Part shown: piece after piece, positions 1 to 12,240 of the stretch | Layout of the letters: each line of letters opens with the position of its first letter | Position numbering within the stretch: position 1 is the stretch's first letter | NCBI GenBank assembly: GCA_037446555.1 | Contig: JBBIIK010000017.1 | Span: 4,067-68,066, forward strand | Direction: 5' to 3' | DNA: 64,000 nt | From: Acidobacteriota bacterium | GTDB taxonomy: Bacteria; Acidobacteriota; Terriglobia; Bryobacterales; Bryobacteraceae | Position numbers and translations under genes: made by a program | Notes under the pieces: generated by a model | What the model was told of the DNA's origin: nothing | What the model saw: the letters and a program-made list of their open reading frames with translations, nothing else | Database searches by the model: none

Positions 1-1826
1 GGCAGCCGGAATCCGGTGCTGCGAAATGCGCACGACCTGTTCGTGAAGGTGGAGCCGTCGCCGCACTCGCGCACCTTCATGAAGCCGTTCATGAGGACGT
101 CGGAGTTCTGCTCGGCTTGCCACAAGGTACATCTGGACGAGCCGGTGAACCACTACCGGTGGCTGCGCGGGTTTAACGAATATGACAACTGGCAGGCATC
201 CGGGGTGAGCGGGCAGGGCGCGCGCAGCTTCTACTATCCGGAAAAACCGATGGGCTGCGCCGACTGCCATATGCCGCTGTTTCCGTCGCGCGATCCGGCG
301 GCGCGCAATGGGATGGCGCACGATCACCGCTTTGCGGCGGCGAACACGGCGGTTCCGGCGGCCAACGGCGACGATCGTCAGATGGCCGCGGTGAAGGGCT
401 TCCTGCAATCGGGATTCATCACCGTGGATATCTTCGCGGCGAGCCCCGCCGATGCCGGGCATGGCGCGGAGATGGTGCGGCGGGGAGCGGCGGAGCCGCA
501 GCTGATGACGACGTTCGCCGTGGGCGAGGAGGCGGAGCGCGGCGGCGGCGCTTTCCTGCTGCGGGAGATCTCGCGCATCGCCGCGCCGCTCGACGAAGTG
601 CAGCCGCAGCTCGAGCCGGGCGCGGCGGTGCGGCTCGACCTCGTGGTGCGCACGAGGAAGATCGGCCACTTCTTCCCCGGCGGCACGGTGGATGCGTTCG
701 ACGTCTGGCTGGAGCTGGAAGGGCGCGACGCCTCGGGAAGGACGTTCTTCCACTCCGGGCACGTGGAAGAGGACGGCAGCATCGATCGCGGAGCGCACTT
801 CTACCGCTCCTACATGCTGGACGGCGAGGGCAACCCGATCAACAAGCGCAACGCGTGGCAGGCGCGCAGCGTGCTGTATGTGCGCCTGATTCCGCCCGGC
901 GCCGCCGACACGGTGCATTACCGGGTGGACTTGCCAAAGGACGTGCAGGGACCGGTGACCTTCCACGCGCGCCTGAACTACCGGAAGTTCTCGAAGTACT
1001 ACACGGAGTTCTCCTACGCCTTGCGCCCGAAGGCGGATCAGGAGGCGCGGCGCGTGAGCCTGCATTCGGACTCGCGGGAGTATGAGCTGGCGCCGGGCGC
1101 GAAGACGCCCGAAGTGCCCGTTGTGACGCTGGCGCAAGCGCGCGTCTCGGTGCCGGTGGCGCCGCGGGGGGCGAAGACCGAGTGGCGGTATTCGGCGGCG
1201 CGCACAAGCTGGGAGCGCTGGAACGACTGGGGCATCGGCAGCCTCCTCCAGGGAGACTTGAAGGCGGCAGAGTTTGGCTTCCTGCGAGTGACCGAGGCGC
1301 GCCCGGAGTACGCCGACGGGTGGCTGAACGTGGCGCGGGCGCTGATCCAGGAAGGCGAGATCGACCGCGCGAAGCTCTTCGTGGAAAAGGCCCTGCATCT
1401 GGACGCCTCGCTCGGGCGCGTGTGGTTCTTCAAGGCGATGGCGGAGAAGGCGGAAGGGGACTACGGCGCGGCTCTGGCATCCCTGCGCGAGGTGGAGAAG
1501 CGGTATCCGCGCGACCGCGTGGTGCAAAACCAGATCGGGCGCATTCTGTTTTTGAAGCGCGACTTCCGCGGCGCCGTGGCGGCGCTGCGCAAGGCGCTGG
1601 AGGTGGACACCGAGGACGTGCAGGCGCACTACAACCTGATGCTGGCCTACCGCGGGCTGGGCGACATGGAGAACGCGCGGCGCCACGAGCGGCTCTTCCG
1701 CCGCTTCAAGGCGGACGAATCCGCGCAGGCGCTGACGGCGAAGGCGAGGATGCTGAGCGCGGAGGACAACAACGAGAGGCAGCAGATTCACGAGCATGAA
1801 TCGGCCCTGTTGAGCGGAGGCCGCCG

Positions 1827-1830
<4 letters not shown>
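1..1830 (+). CDS. c-type cytochrome-like / TPR-repeat protein, 5' partial (frame open to window edge)
   Basis: Two CXXCH haem motifs (CSACH, CADCH) in the N-terminal part. The C-terminal ~200 aa has TPR-like helical repeats (e.g. AHYNLMLAYRGLGDMENA). Frame 1 has no stop from nt 1, and GTG at 16 is only the first in-window start. Confidence 0.7.
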
Positions 1831-3436
<1,606 letters not shown>

Positions 3437-3440
<4 letters not shown>

Positions 3441-4297
3441 TTCCGAAGCTGGAGCTGGCTGCAATTACCGACGAGTTTTCACCCGACCTGAACGCCGCCG
3501 CCACCGCTATGGCCGCGATCGGCATGACCGCCTGCGAGCTGCGCGTCGTGTGGGGGAAGAACATCATGAACCTCACCGACGACGAGGTTCGCCGGGCGAT
3601 GGAGGTCCTTCGGGTGAAGGGCATCCGCGTGCTGGGGCTCTCATCTCCGATCCTGAAATGCACGCTGCCGGAAGGCGGCGAGGTGGATTCGCGCTTCCAG
3701 CAGGACATCTTCGGCGCCACGTTCACGATGGAAGACCAGCCGCGGCTGGCGGAACGCGCCATTCAGTTGTGCGAGCTGACCGGGGCGCGGCTGGTGCGCG
3801 TCTTTTCGTTCTGGCGCACGGTGGATCCGGAGCGCTGCTTCGAGCCCGCCTGCCGCGCGATCGAGCGGATCGCCGATCAGTTCAAGGCGCATGACATCGT
3901 TTGCGGGATCGAGAACGAGCACGCCTGCAACATCGGCACGGCGGCGGAGGCGGCGAAGTTCCTGGCGGCGATGCCGCACAGCCATGTGAAGTTGGTCTGG
4001 GACCCTGCCAATGCGCTGGTGGCGGGCGAAGAGCCTTACCCGCACGGCTACAGCCTGCTGCCGAAGGACCGCATCGCGCATGTCCATGCCAAGGACTGCG
4101 CCATGGAGGGTCACAAGCCGGTGTGGGGGCCGCTGGGCACACGGCACGTGGACTGGAAGGGGCAGATCGCGGCGCTGCTGCGCGACGGCTACGGCGGAGC
4201 GGTGAGCCTGGAGACGCACTGGCAGGGGCCCGCGGGCAACAAGTTCGAGGCCAGCGTGATCTGCGGCTGGAACCTGCGCGGGCTCTTGGCTGCCTGA
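3437..4297 (+). CDS. sugar phosphate isomerase/epimerase (xylose-isomerase-like TIM barrel)
   Basis: The translation from MIPKLELAAITDEF resembles the TIM-barrel AP-endonuclease-2/xylose-isomerase-like family (GIENEH..., HVHAKD..., SLETH). ATG 3437 overlaps the upstream TGA (ATGA); the track's longer N-terminus (3359) lies inside the upstream gene. Confidence 0.7.
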
Positions 4298-4310
4298 AGT
4301 TTCGTAACGA

Positions 4311-4338
4311 TTGAATTCCCGCCAGCGTCTGCTATCCT
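4311..4338 (+). promoter_or_regulatory. candidate sigma70-like promoter for the MoxR/vWA cluster (TTGAAT-16 nt-TATCCT)
   Basis: TTGAAT at 4311-4316 and TATCCT at 4333-4338 with a 16-nt spacer, in the only 63-nt gap before the 4361 gene. A purine-rich GAGGGG lies 8-13 nt before the ATG. Pattern match only. Confidence 0.3.
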
Positions 4339-4360
4339 AAGGCCCACGAGGGGCATCCAT

Positions 4361-5170
4361 ATGGATATGCGCAGGCAGCTTGCCCTGGTGCTGGCGGGGC
4401 TGACGCTGGCGGCCACGCTGTACGCCTTCCAGCGCGGATATGGCGGAATCCGCCGCCTGTTCCCAGAATCCGACGACGATTCTCCCCCGCCGGGCGCGGA
4501 GCAAAAGACAGAGTTTTACTTCGCGCGGCTGCGGTATCCCAATGTGCGTGCCACGGGCATCTGGGCGATGCGCGGCTCGTGGACCGTGGATTACCCGAAG
4601 GCGGACAGACAGTTCCTTCAGGGTCTGATCCGGCTGACGCGGATCCAGGCCAATCCGATGGAGCGCGTCGTGGATCTGATCAGTGACGACATCTTCAACT
4701 TCCCCTTCGTGTATGTCGTCGAGCCGGGGCACTGGGACCTGCCGGAAGCGCAGGCGAAGAAACTGAGGGAATTCATCGACCGCGGCGGCTTCCTCATGAC
4801 CGACGATTTTCACGGCACCTTTGAATGGGAGCTGTTTACCGCCAGCCTGAACAAGGCGTTTGCGGACCGTCCGATTGTGGACATCGAGGACAGCGATCCG
4901 ATCTTCCACGTGCTGTATGATCTCGACGGCCGCGTGCAGGTGCCGGGCATCGTCAACTACCCGTTCCAGAAGACCTATGAATACGATGGGATCGAGCCGA
5001 AGTGGCGCGCGTGGCGCGACGCCAAGGGGCGCATCGCCATTGCGATCTGCTTCAACATGGACCAGGGGGACGCCTGGGAGTGGGCGGACAATCCCCATTA
5101 CCCCGAGAAATACGCTTCGCAGGCCTACCGCACGGCGATCAATTACATCCTCTACTCAATGACGCACTAG
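4361..5170 (+). CDS. DUF4159-like membrane-anchored protein (Bat/MoxR-cluster associated)
   Basis: N-terminal signal anchor (LALVLAGLTLAATLYAF). Segments FYFARLRYPN...WTVDYPKADRQFLQGLIRLT and FVYVVEPGHWDLPEAQAKKLREFIDRGGFLMTDDFHG match my recollection of DUF4159. Alternative ATG at 4367. Confidence 0.65.
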   Translation: MDMRRQLALVLAGLTLAATLYAFQRGYGGIRRLFPESDDDSPPPGAEQKTEFYFARLRYPNVRATGIWAMRGSWTVDYPKADRQFLQGLIRLTRIQANPMERVVDLISDDIFNFPFVYVVEPGHWDLPEAQAKKLREFIDRGGFLMTDDFHGTFEWELFTASLNKAFADRPIVDIEDSDPIFHVLYDLDGRVQVPGIVNYPFQKTYEYDGIEPKWRAWRDAKGRIAIAICFNMDQGDAWEWADNPHYPEKYASQAYRTAINYILYSMTH

Positions 5171-5177
5171 GCGGGAA

Positions 5178-7406
5178 ATGTTCGAGCTTCTCTTCAACTA
5201 TCCGCTCTCGGTCTACCGCAAGGGCACGCTCGTGTTCTCGAGCGGATGGTCCGCCGCGCTGCTGGCAGCGGCGGTGATCGCCACAGCGGCAGGGCTCTTC
5301 TGGCTCCTGCGGCGGCGCCGGCTGGGAGGCAGCCGGCTGCTGGCGCTGGGGTTGTTGGAATGGGGCGTGCTGGCGCTGTTGCTGGTGCTGCTGTGGCAGC
5401 CGGCGCTGTCGGTGACGGTGCTCAAGCCGCAGCAGAACGTGGTGGCGGTGTTGGTGGACGCCTCGGCGAGCATGGGGCTGGAGCAGCGCTATCAACAGGT
5501 CCGGCAACTGGCGGAGGGCCCGCTGGCAGAGGACCTGAAAAAGAGATTCCCGGTGCGGCTGTACGTGGCGGGCGACGCGCCGGCTCGCGTAGAGAAGCTC
5601 CCGGAGGCGCCCGAGGTGCGGCGCACCGACCTCGGGGCGGCGTTGCGGCAGATTGCATCGGAGAGCTCCATGCTGCCGGTGGGCGCGGTGGTGTTGCTGA
5701 GCGACGGCGCCGACAACGGGGGCAACCTGGGACCCGACACGATCGAAGCGCTGCGGCGGGCGCGAATTCCGGTGCATGCGGTTGGCTTTGGAAGCGAGAA
5801 GCCCGAGCGGGACGTGGAAATCGTGGATGCGGACTTGCCTGCGCGCGTGCTGCCCGGCTCGCGGATGCTGCTGACAGTGACGCTGAGGCAGAACGGCTTC
5901 CGCGGGCAGACGGCGAGGCTGGCGGTTCGTGACGGCGACAGCGTGCTGGCGCAGAGAGAGCTGAAGCTGGCGGGCGATGGCGAGACGTGGCGAGAGACCG
6001 TCGCGCTGAGCGCCGGGAAGGCGGGAGTCAGGACGCTGTCGATCTCTGCCGGTCCGCTGACGGAAGAGACCAACAAACAGAACAACGCCGTAGAGCGGAT
6101 CGTCGATGTGCGCGACCGCAAGCCCCGCATCCTCTACTTTGAGGGCGAGCCGCGGTGGGAGATGAAGTTCATCCGGCGCGCTGCGGAAGAGGACGAGCAA
6201 CTCGACCTGGCAAGCATCGTCCGTACGACGGAGAACCGGTTTTACCGGCAGGGGATTCGCTCGCCGCAGGAGCTGGAACGGGGCTTCCCGGCGAGCGTCG
6301 ACGAGCTGTTTGCCTTTCAGGCGTTGATCATCGGCAACGTGGAGGCGGGCTACTTTCCGCCCGCGCAGCAGACGCTGATCCGGGAGTTTGTGGACCGGCG
6401 CGGCGGCGGCGTGCTGTTTCTCGGCGGGCGCTCTGCACTCGCCGACGGCGGCTGGCAGCGCTCGCCGCTGGCGGAGATCCTGCCCGTCGGGCTGCCGGAG
6501 AAGAAGGGAACGTTCCGGCGCGAGCCCGCCACGGCGGAGCTGACGCGCGCGGGCGCGGAAAGCCTGATCACGCGGATCGAGGAAGACCCTGAGAAGAACC
6601 TCGCCCGCTGGAAGGCTCTGCCGTATCTGGCCGATTACCAGGAAACCGGCGCGCCGAAGCCGGGCGCGACAGTGCTTGTGGAGGCCGTGCCCGGCGTGCG
6701 GCTGCGGCATCCGCTGCTGGTGACGCAGAACTACGGGCGCGGGCGCGTGGCGCTGCTGGCCACCGGAGCAACGTGGCGGTGGCAGATGGCGCAGGACGCG
6801 CGCGACCAGAGTCATGAGACGTTCTGGCAACAGTTGCTGCGGTGGCTGTCGGGAACTGCAGAGGAGCGCGTGAGGCTGCTGACCTCGCGGCAGACCTATG
6901 AGGGCGGGGAGGCGGTGCGGATCCGCGCCGAAGTGCGGGATCACAACTACCTGCCATCCACCAGCGCCGTGGTGAGCGTGCATGTGCTGGGACCGGGCGG
7001 GGTGAGCGACACGCTGGAGCTGGCGCCGTCGCGGACGGAGTCGGGCGTGTACGAGTCCGAATGGCGCGCGCCGCGGCCTGGATCGTATCTGGCGGAGGCC
7101 ACGGCGCGCGAAGGCTTGGAAGAGCTGGGCCGGGACACGGTGACCTTCCGCCGCGAGGACGGCGTGCAGGAATTTTTCCGCACCGAGCAGAACCGGGAGT
7201 TGCTGGAGCGGCTGGCGCAGCAGACCGGAGGGCGCTACTACCGTCCTTCGGAGGCAGACGGGCTGGCCAAGGAGATCGAACTTTCCGAAGCAGGCATCAC
7301 GGTGCGGGAGACGCGCCCTGTATGGAACGCGCCCGCCGCGTTCCTGCTGCTGGCGGGGCTGAAAGTTGCCGAATGGCTGGTGCGCAGGCGATGGGGGGCA
7401 GTGTGA
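5178..7406 (+). CDS. membrane protein with vWA (MIDAS) domain and GATase1-like region
   Basis: N-terminal TM helices. MIDAS-type VAVLVDASASMG and LLSDGADNGG. The central ILYFEGEPRWEMKFIRRA and later LLATGATWRWQM resemble GATase1-like membrane proteins of Bat-type clusters. C-terminal TM helix (AAFLLLAGLKVAEWLV). Confidence 0.65.
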   Translation: MFELLFNYPLSVYRKGTLVFSSGWSAALLAAAVIATAAGLFWLLRRRRLGGSRLLALGLLEWGVLALLLVLLWQPALSVTVLKPQQNVVAVLVDASASMGLEQRYQQVRQLAEGPLAEDLKKRFPVRLYVAGDAPARVEKLPEAPEVRRTDLGAALRQIASESSMLPVGAVVLLSDGADNGGNLGPDTIEALRRARIPVHAVGFGSEKPERDVEIVDADLPARVLPGSRMLLTVTLRQNGFRGQTARLAVRDGDSVLAQRELKLAGDGETWRETVALSAGKAGVRTLSISAGPLTEETNKQNNAVERIVDVRDRKPRILYFEGEPRWEMKFIRRAAEEDEQLDLASIVRTTENRFYRQGIRSPQELERGFPASVDELFAFQALIIGNVEAGYFPPAQQTLIREFVDRRGGGVLFLGGRSALADGGWQRSPLAEILPVGLPEKKGTFRREPATAELTRAGAESLITRIEEDPEKNLARWKALPYLADYQETGAPKPGATVLVEAVPGVRLRHPLLVTQNYGRGRVALLATGATWRWQMAQDARDQSHETFWQQLLRWLSGTAEERVRLLTSRQTYEGGEAVRIRAEVRDHNYLPSTSAVVSVHVLGPGGVSDTLELAPSRTESGVYESEWRAPRPGSYLAEATAREGLEELGRDTVTFRREDGVQEFFRTEQNRELLERLAQQTGGRYYRPSEADGLAKEIELSEAGITVRETRPVWNAPAAFLLLAGLKVAEWLVRRRWGAV

Positions 7407-8251
7407 GAGCGCTGCTGCTTTTGCTGTGGTGCCTGAGGGCTGGAGCCGCAGAGCGGGCGCTGTTTGTGGCCGGGCTGGGCGGCGAGCCGGATTACGAGCA
7501 GCGCTTCCAGAGCCTGGCGCGCGAGGCGGCCAAGCTCACGGGCGGCGAGGCGCTCGCCGGGGCGCAGGTCAACAAGCAGGCGCTGAGGGAGGCGGTCGCG
7601 CGCGCGGCGGCGGGAATCGGAGAAGACGATGTGTTCGTGCTGGCGCTGATCGGCCACGGCACCTTCGACGGGCTCGAGTACAAGTTCAACGTGCCGGGGC
7701 CGGACGTCTCAGCATCCGAGTTGCGCGCGTGGCTGGAAAATGTGAAGGCGCGGCAGGTGGTGGTGCTGGCGACGAGCGCGAGCGGCGCCGCGCTGAAGGA
7801 GCTGGCGCACCCGCGGCGGGCGGTGTTCGCCGCCACGCGTTCCGGCATGGAGAAGAACGCGGTCGCGTTTCCTCGCTATTGGGTGGAGGCGCTGCGCGAC
7901 CCGTCCGCCGACGCGGACAAGAATGAGGCGGTGAGCGCGGCCGAGGCGTTCCGCTACGCGATGCAGAAGACCGCGGCGTTTTACGAGACGCAGAAGCGCA
8001 TCGCCACCGAGCATCCGGCGATGGAAGACCCGGCGGGCGTGGGGCGCGCGGCGGTGGTCCGCTTCGGGGCGGCGCAGGCGGCGCTGGCGTCGCCGGCCAA
8101 GCGGGCGCTGCTCGAGCAGCGCGAGAAGATCGAGATCGAGATCGAGAAGCTGAAGCGCGAGAAGGCGGCGCTGCCCGCCGGCGTTTACAAGAAGCGGCTG
8201 CAGGTGCTGCTGGTGACGCTGGCGGCGCTGCAGGAGGAGATCGAGCGATGA
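7391..8251 (+). CDS. secreted legumain/caspase-fold-like protein (His present, Cys position = Ser) with C-terminal coiled coil
   Basis: Signal peptide (GGSVRALLLLLWCLRAGA). Strand-HG motif VFVLALIGHGTFDG, then QVVVLATSASGAAL where C13-type peptidases have xxACxSG. C-terminal heptad-like IEIEIEKLKREKAAL. The start is ambiguous: ATG 7373, ATG 7391, or GTG 7403 (GTGA overlap). Confidence 0.45.
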   Translation: MGGSVRALLLLLWCLRAGAAERALFVAGLGGEPDYEQRFQSLAREAAKLTGGEALAGAQVNKQALREAVARAAAGIGEDDVFVLALIGHGTFDGLEYKFNVPGPDVSASELRAWLENVKARQVVVLATSASGAALKELAHPRRAVFAATRSGMEKNAVAFPRYWVEALRDPSADADKNEAVSAAEAFRYAMQKTAAFYETQKRIATEHPAMEDPAGVGRAAVVRFGAAQAALASPAKRALLEQREKIEIEIEKLKREKAALPAGVYKKRLQVLLVTLAALQEEIER

Positions 8252-10341
8252 TGCGGGCGCTTCTGCTGCTGTGGATTGCCTGCTTCGCCGCGTGGGCGCA
8301 GACGGCGGCAGAGCTCGCCGAGCGCTACTGGAAGCAGCGTCGGTGGGAAGACGCGAATGCTGCCTTCCGCGCGGCGGTGAAGAGCGACCCGAAGAATCCG
8401 GTGCTGCGCGTGCGCTGGGGGTTGCTGCTGCTGGAGCGGTTCAATCCGGGCGAGGCGGCGGACCTGTTCCAGGAGGCGCTGGAGCTCGAGAAGGACTACC
8501 CGCCGGCGCTGCTCGGGCTGGCGCGCGTGGCGGCGGAACGAATGGACCCGAAGGCCGCGGAGCTGTGCCGCAAGGCGCTGGAGAAGGATCCGTCGCTTGA
8601 AGACGCGCGCGAGCTGCTGGCGAATGTGCTGCTGGAGGACGGCGACTTCGAGGCCGCCGCAGCGGAAGCGGGGAAGCTGGGCGCCCGGCCGGGCGGGCAG
8701 GCGGCGCTGGCCGCGATTGCTCTGCTGCGCGACGAGGACGCCGCGCCCGCGCTGGCGGCCATGGGCCGTCATGCTCCGGGCTATGCGCGGATCGCGCGGC
8801 ACCTGGTGCTGAACCGGCGCTACGAGGAGGGGATCGAGTATTACCGCAAGGCGCTCGAGATCGATCCGGAGTTTCACGCGGCGCGCAGTGAGCTGGGCAT
8901 CAACCTGATGCGCGTGGGGCGCGACGCCGACGCCCGGCGCGAACTGGAAGCAGCCTATGAAGCCGGATACCGCAACGCGCCCACGGCCAATTCGCTGAAG
9001 CTGCTCGACACGCTGGAGAAGTTCGACGCCGTGCGCCGCCCGGGCTTCGTGCTGCGGCTCGACAGGAGCGAATCGAAGCTGCTGGCGCCGTATTTCGCGC
9101 GCGAGATCGAGCGCGCGCTCAAGGTCTACGAGAAGAAGTACGGCTTCCGCCTGCCCGGGCCCGTGCAGGTGGAGGCGTACAAGAATCACGCGGACTTTGA
9201 GGTGCGCACGCTGGGCGTGCCGGGGCTGGGCGCGCTCGGCGTGGCCTTCGGGCTCAGCGTGGCGATGGACAGCCCCTCGGCGCGCGCTCCCGGAGCATTC
9301 CATTGGGCCAGCACGCTGTGGCACGAGCTGAGCCATGTCTTTGTGATCACCGCGACGCGCCACCGCGTGCCGCGGTGGTTCACGGAAGGCCTCTCCGTGC
9401 ACGAAGAGACGGCGGCGGACCCAGAGTGGGGCGACCGGCTGACGCCGGACATCGTCGCCGCCATGGCCAAGGGCGAGCTGCTGCCGGTGGAGCAGTTGGA
9501 CCGCGGCTTTCAGCGCCCGCGCAGCCCGGGGCAGGTGACGGTGAGCTATTTCCAGGCGGGGCGGATCTGCGATTACATTGTGGAACGCTGGGGCTGGGGG
9601 AAGATCCTCGAAATGATCCGCGCCTTCCGGAAGCCTGCGCCGACAGGCGAGGTGCTCCAGCGGGTGCTGGGCGTGAGCGGCAAGGAGTTCGACGCACAGT
9701 TCCTCGCCTGGCTCAAGGAGCAGCACCGCACGCCGCTCGGGAATTTCAGCCCCTGGCGAGAGGAGCTGAAGAAGATGCACGAGGCGCGGCGGGGCCAGCA
9801 ATGGCACGAGGTGCAAAGGCTGGCACGCAGCGCTATCGACGCCTATCCGGAGTATGTCGAAGCCGGAAGCGCATACGAGGCGCTGGCGGAAGCCTGCGAG
9901 GCGCTGGGAGACCCGGCTTGCGCCGTCTCCGCGCTGGAACGTTACATGAAGCAAGGGGGGCGGGACCCGGAGCTGATCAAGAAGCTGGCGAAGCGGCTCG
10001 AGGAGGCGGGGCGCGCGGCGGACGCCGAGGCGGCGCTGGCGCGGCTGCTGTACATCTATCCGGTGAAGGACGAGGAGCTGCACCGGCGCCTGGCCGGGCT
10101 GCGAGAAAAGCTGGGCCGGTGGGAGGGGGCAGCGGAGGAATGGCGCGCAGTGCTTGCGTCCGGGACGGTGGATCCGGCATCGGCGTGGTATGGACTGGCG
10201 CTGGCCTACCGGGGGCTCGAGCGGAACGACGAGGCGCGCGACGCGGTGCTGGCGGCGTTGGAAGAGGCGCCGGGATACCGGCCCGCACAACGGCTTCTGC
10301 TGGAGTTGAACCGCGGAGCCGGAGAAAGGAAGAACAACTGA
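8248..10341 (+). CDS. secreted TPR-repeat protein with central gluzincin (HExxH...E) peptidase-like domain
   Basis: Signal peptide MMRALLLLWIACFAAWAQ. TPR-like repeats lie at both ends. WHELSHVFVITATRHRVPRWFTEGLSVHEE gives HExxH followed by a WFTEGL Glu, as in M1/MA-clan peptidases. ATG overlaps the upstream TGA (8248-8251). Confidence 0.6.
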   Translation: MMRALLLLWIACFAAWAQTAAELAERYWKQRRWEDANAAFRAAVKSDPKNPVLRVRWGLLLLERFNPGEAADLFQEALELEKDYPPALLGLARVAAERMDPKAAELCRKALEKDPSLEDARELLANVLLEDGDFEAAAAEAGKLGARPGGQAALAAIALLRDEDAAPALAAMGRHAPGYARIARHLVLNRRYEEGIEYYRKALEIDPEFHAARSELGINLMRVGRDADARRELEAAYEAGYRNAPTANSLKLLDTLEKFDAVRRPGFVLRLDRSESKLLAPYFAREIERALKVYEKKYGFRLPGPVQVEAYKNHADFEVRTLGVPGLGALGVAFGLSVAMDSPSARAPGAFHWASTLWHELSHVFVITATRHRVPRWFTEGLSVHEETAADPEWGDRLTPDIVAAMAKGELLPVEQLDRGFQRPRSPGQVTVSYFQAGRICDYIVERWGWGKILEMIRAFRKPAPTGEVLQRVLGVSGKEFDAQFLAWLKEQHRTPLGNFSPWREELKKMHEARRGQQWHEVQRLARSAIDAYPEYVEAGSAYEALAEACEALGDPACAVSALERYMKQGGRDPELIKKLAKRLEEAGRAADAEAALARLLYIYPVKDEELHRRLAGLREKLGRWEGAAEEWRAVLASGTVDPASAWYGLALAYRGLERNDEARDAVLAALEEAPGYRPAQRLLLELNRGAGERKNN

Positions 10342-10342
10342 G

Positions 10343-11352
<1,010 letters not shown>

Positions 11353-11353
<1 letters not shown>

Positions 11354-12240
11354 TGCAGCAGCGCTTCCTCGACCCGCAGATTCTCGCCGGGATCGCGAAT
11401 CTCGAGCTGACGGCGAAGACTGTGGTCGAGGGGTTCTTGAGCGGGCTGCACCGTTCGCCGGACTACGGCTTCAGCCAGGAGTTCGCAGAATACCGTCCTT
11501 ATGCGCCGGGCGACGACCTGCGTTACGTGGACTGGAACGTCTACGCGCGCGCCGGACGGCTCTATTTGAAGCGGTTCCGAGGGGAGACGAACACGCGGCT
11601 GACGCTGCTGCTGGACCGCAGCGCTTCGATGGGTTTCCGCGGGCACGGGCTTCGCAAGATCGACTACGCCCGCTACCTGGCGGCATCGCTCGGCTTCCTG
11701 GCGCACCAGCAGCGCGATGCGGTGGGGCTGATTGCGTTCGACGACGAGGTGCGCGACTATGTGGAGCCGAGCTCGCGCCACGGGCAGTGGCTGAAGGTGC
11801 TGCACGCGATCGAGCGCGCCGAGCCGGGGCGCCGCACCGACTACGCGCAGCCGTTCTGGCATTTCCAGCAGTTCCTGCGCCGGCGCGGGATTGTGCTGGT
11901 GGTGAGCGACTTCTTTGCGCCGGCGCGCGACGTGGTGGCGACGGTGGCGCCGCTCCGGCAGCGCGGCAACGACTTGATCCTGATGCATGTTCTCGATCCG
12001 GAAGAAGTAGAGCCGGTGCTGGAGGGTTCGCGCCTGCTGGTCGACATGGAGACGGGCGAGGAGATGGAGGTGCATCCAGCTTACGCCGCGGGACTGTACC
12101 GCGAGAAGATGCGGCGGCACCTGGAAGAGCTGGAGTCACTGGCGCAGGGCGCGGGGCTCAGCTACTACCGCAGCCTGACGTCGGAGCCGCTCGACGAGGC
12201 GCTGCGGCGCTATCTGGCGGTGCGCGAGGGGAGGCCGTAG
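11353..12240 (+). CDS. DUF58 protein (vWA-like, MoxR partner)
   Basis: GDDLRYVDWNVYARAGRLYLKRFRGETN is the DUF58 signature. MIDAS-like LLLDRSASMGF. The start shares one nucleotide with the moxR stop (TGATG). Confidence 0.88.

Noticed and set aside
8128-8146. (GATCGA)x3 microsatellite containing three GATC sites.
   Set aside because: It simply encodes the heptad-like IEIEIE stretch of the 7391-8251 protein. It is too short to call a functional repeat or methylation cluster.
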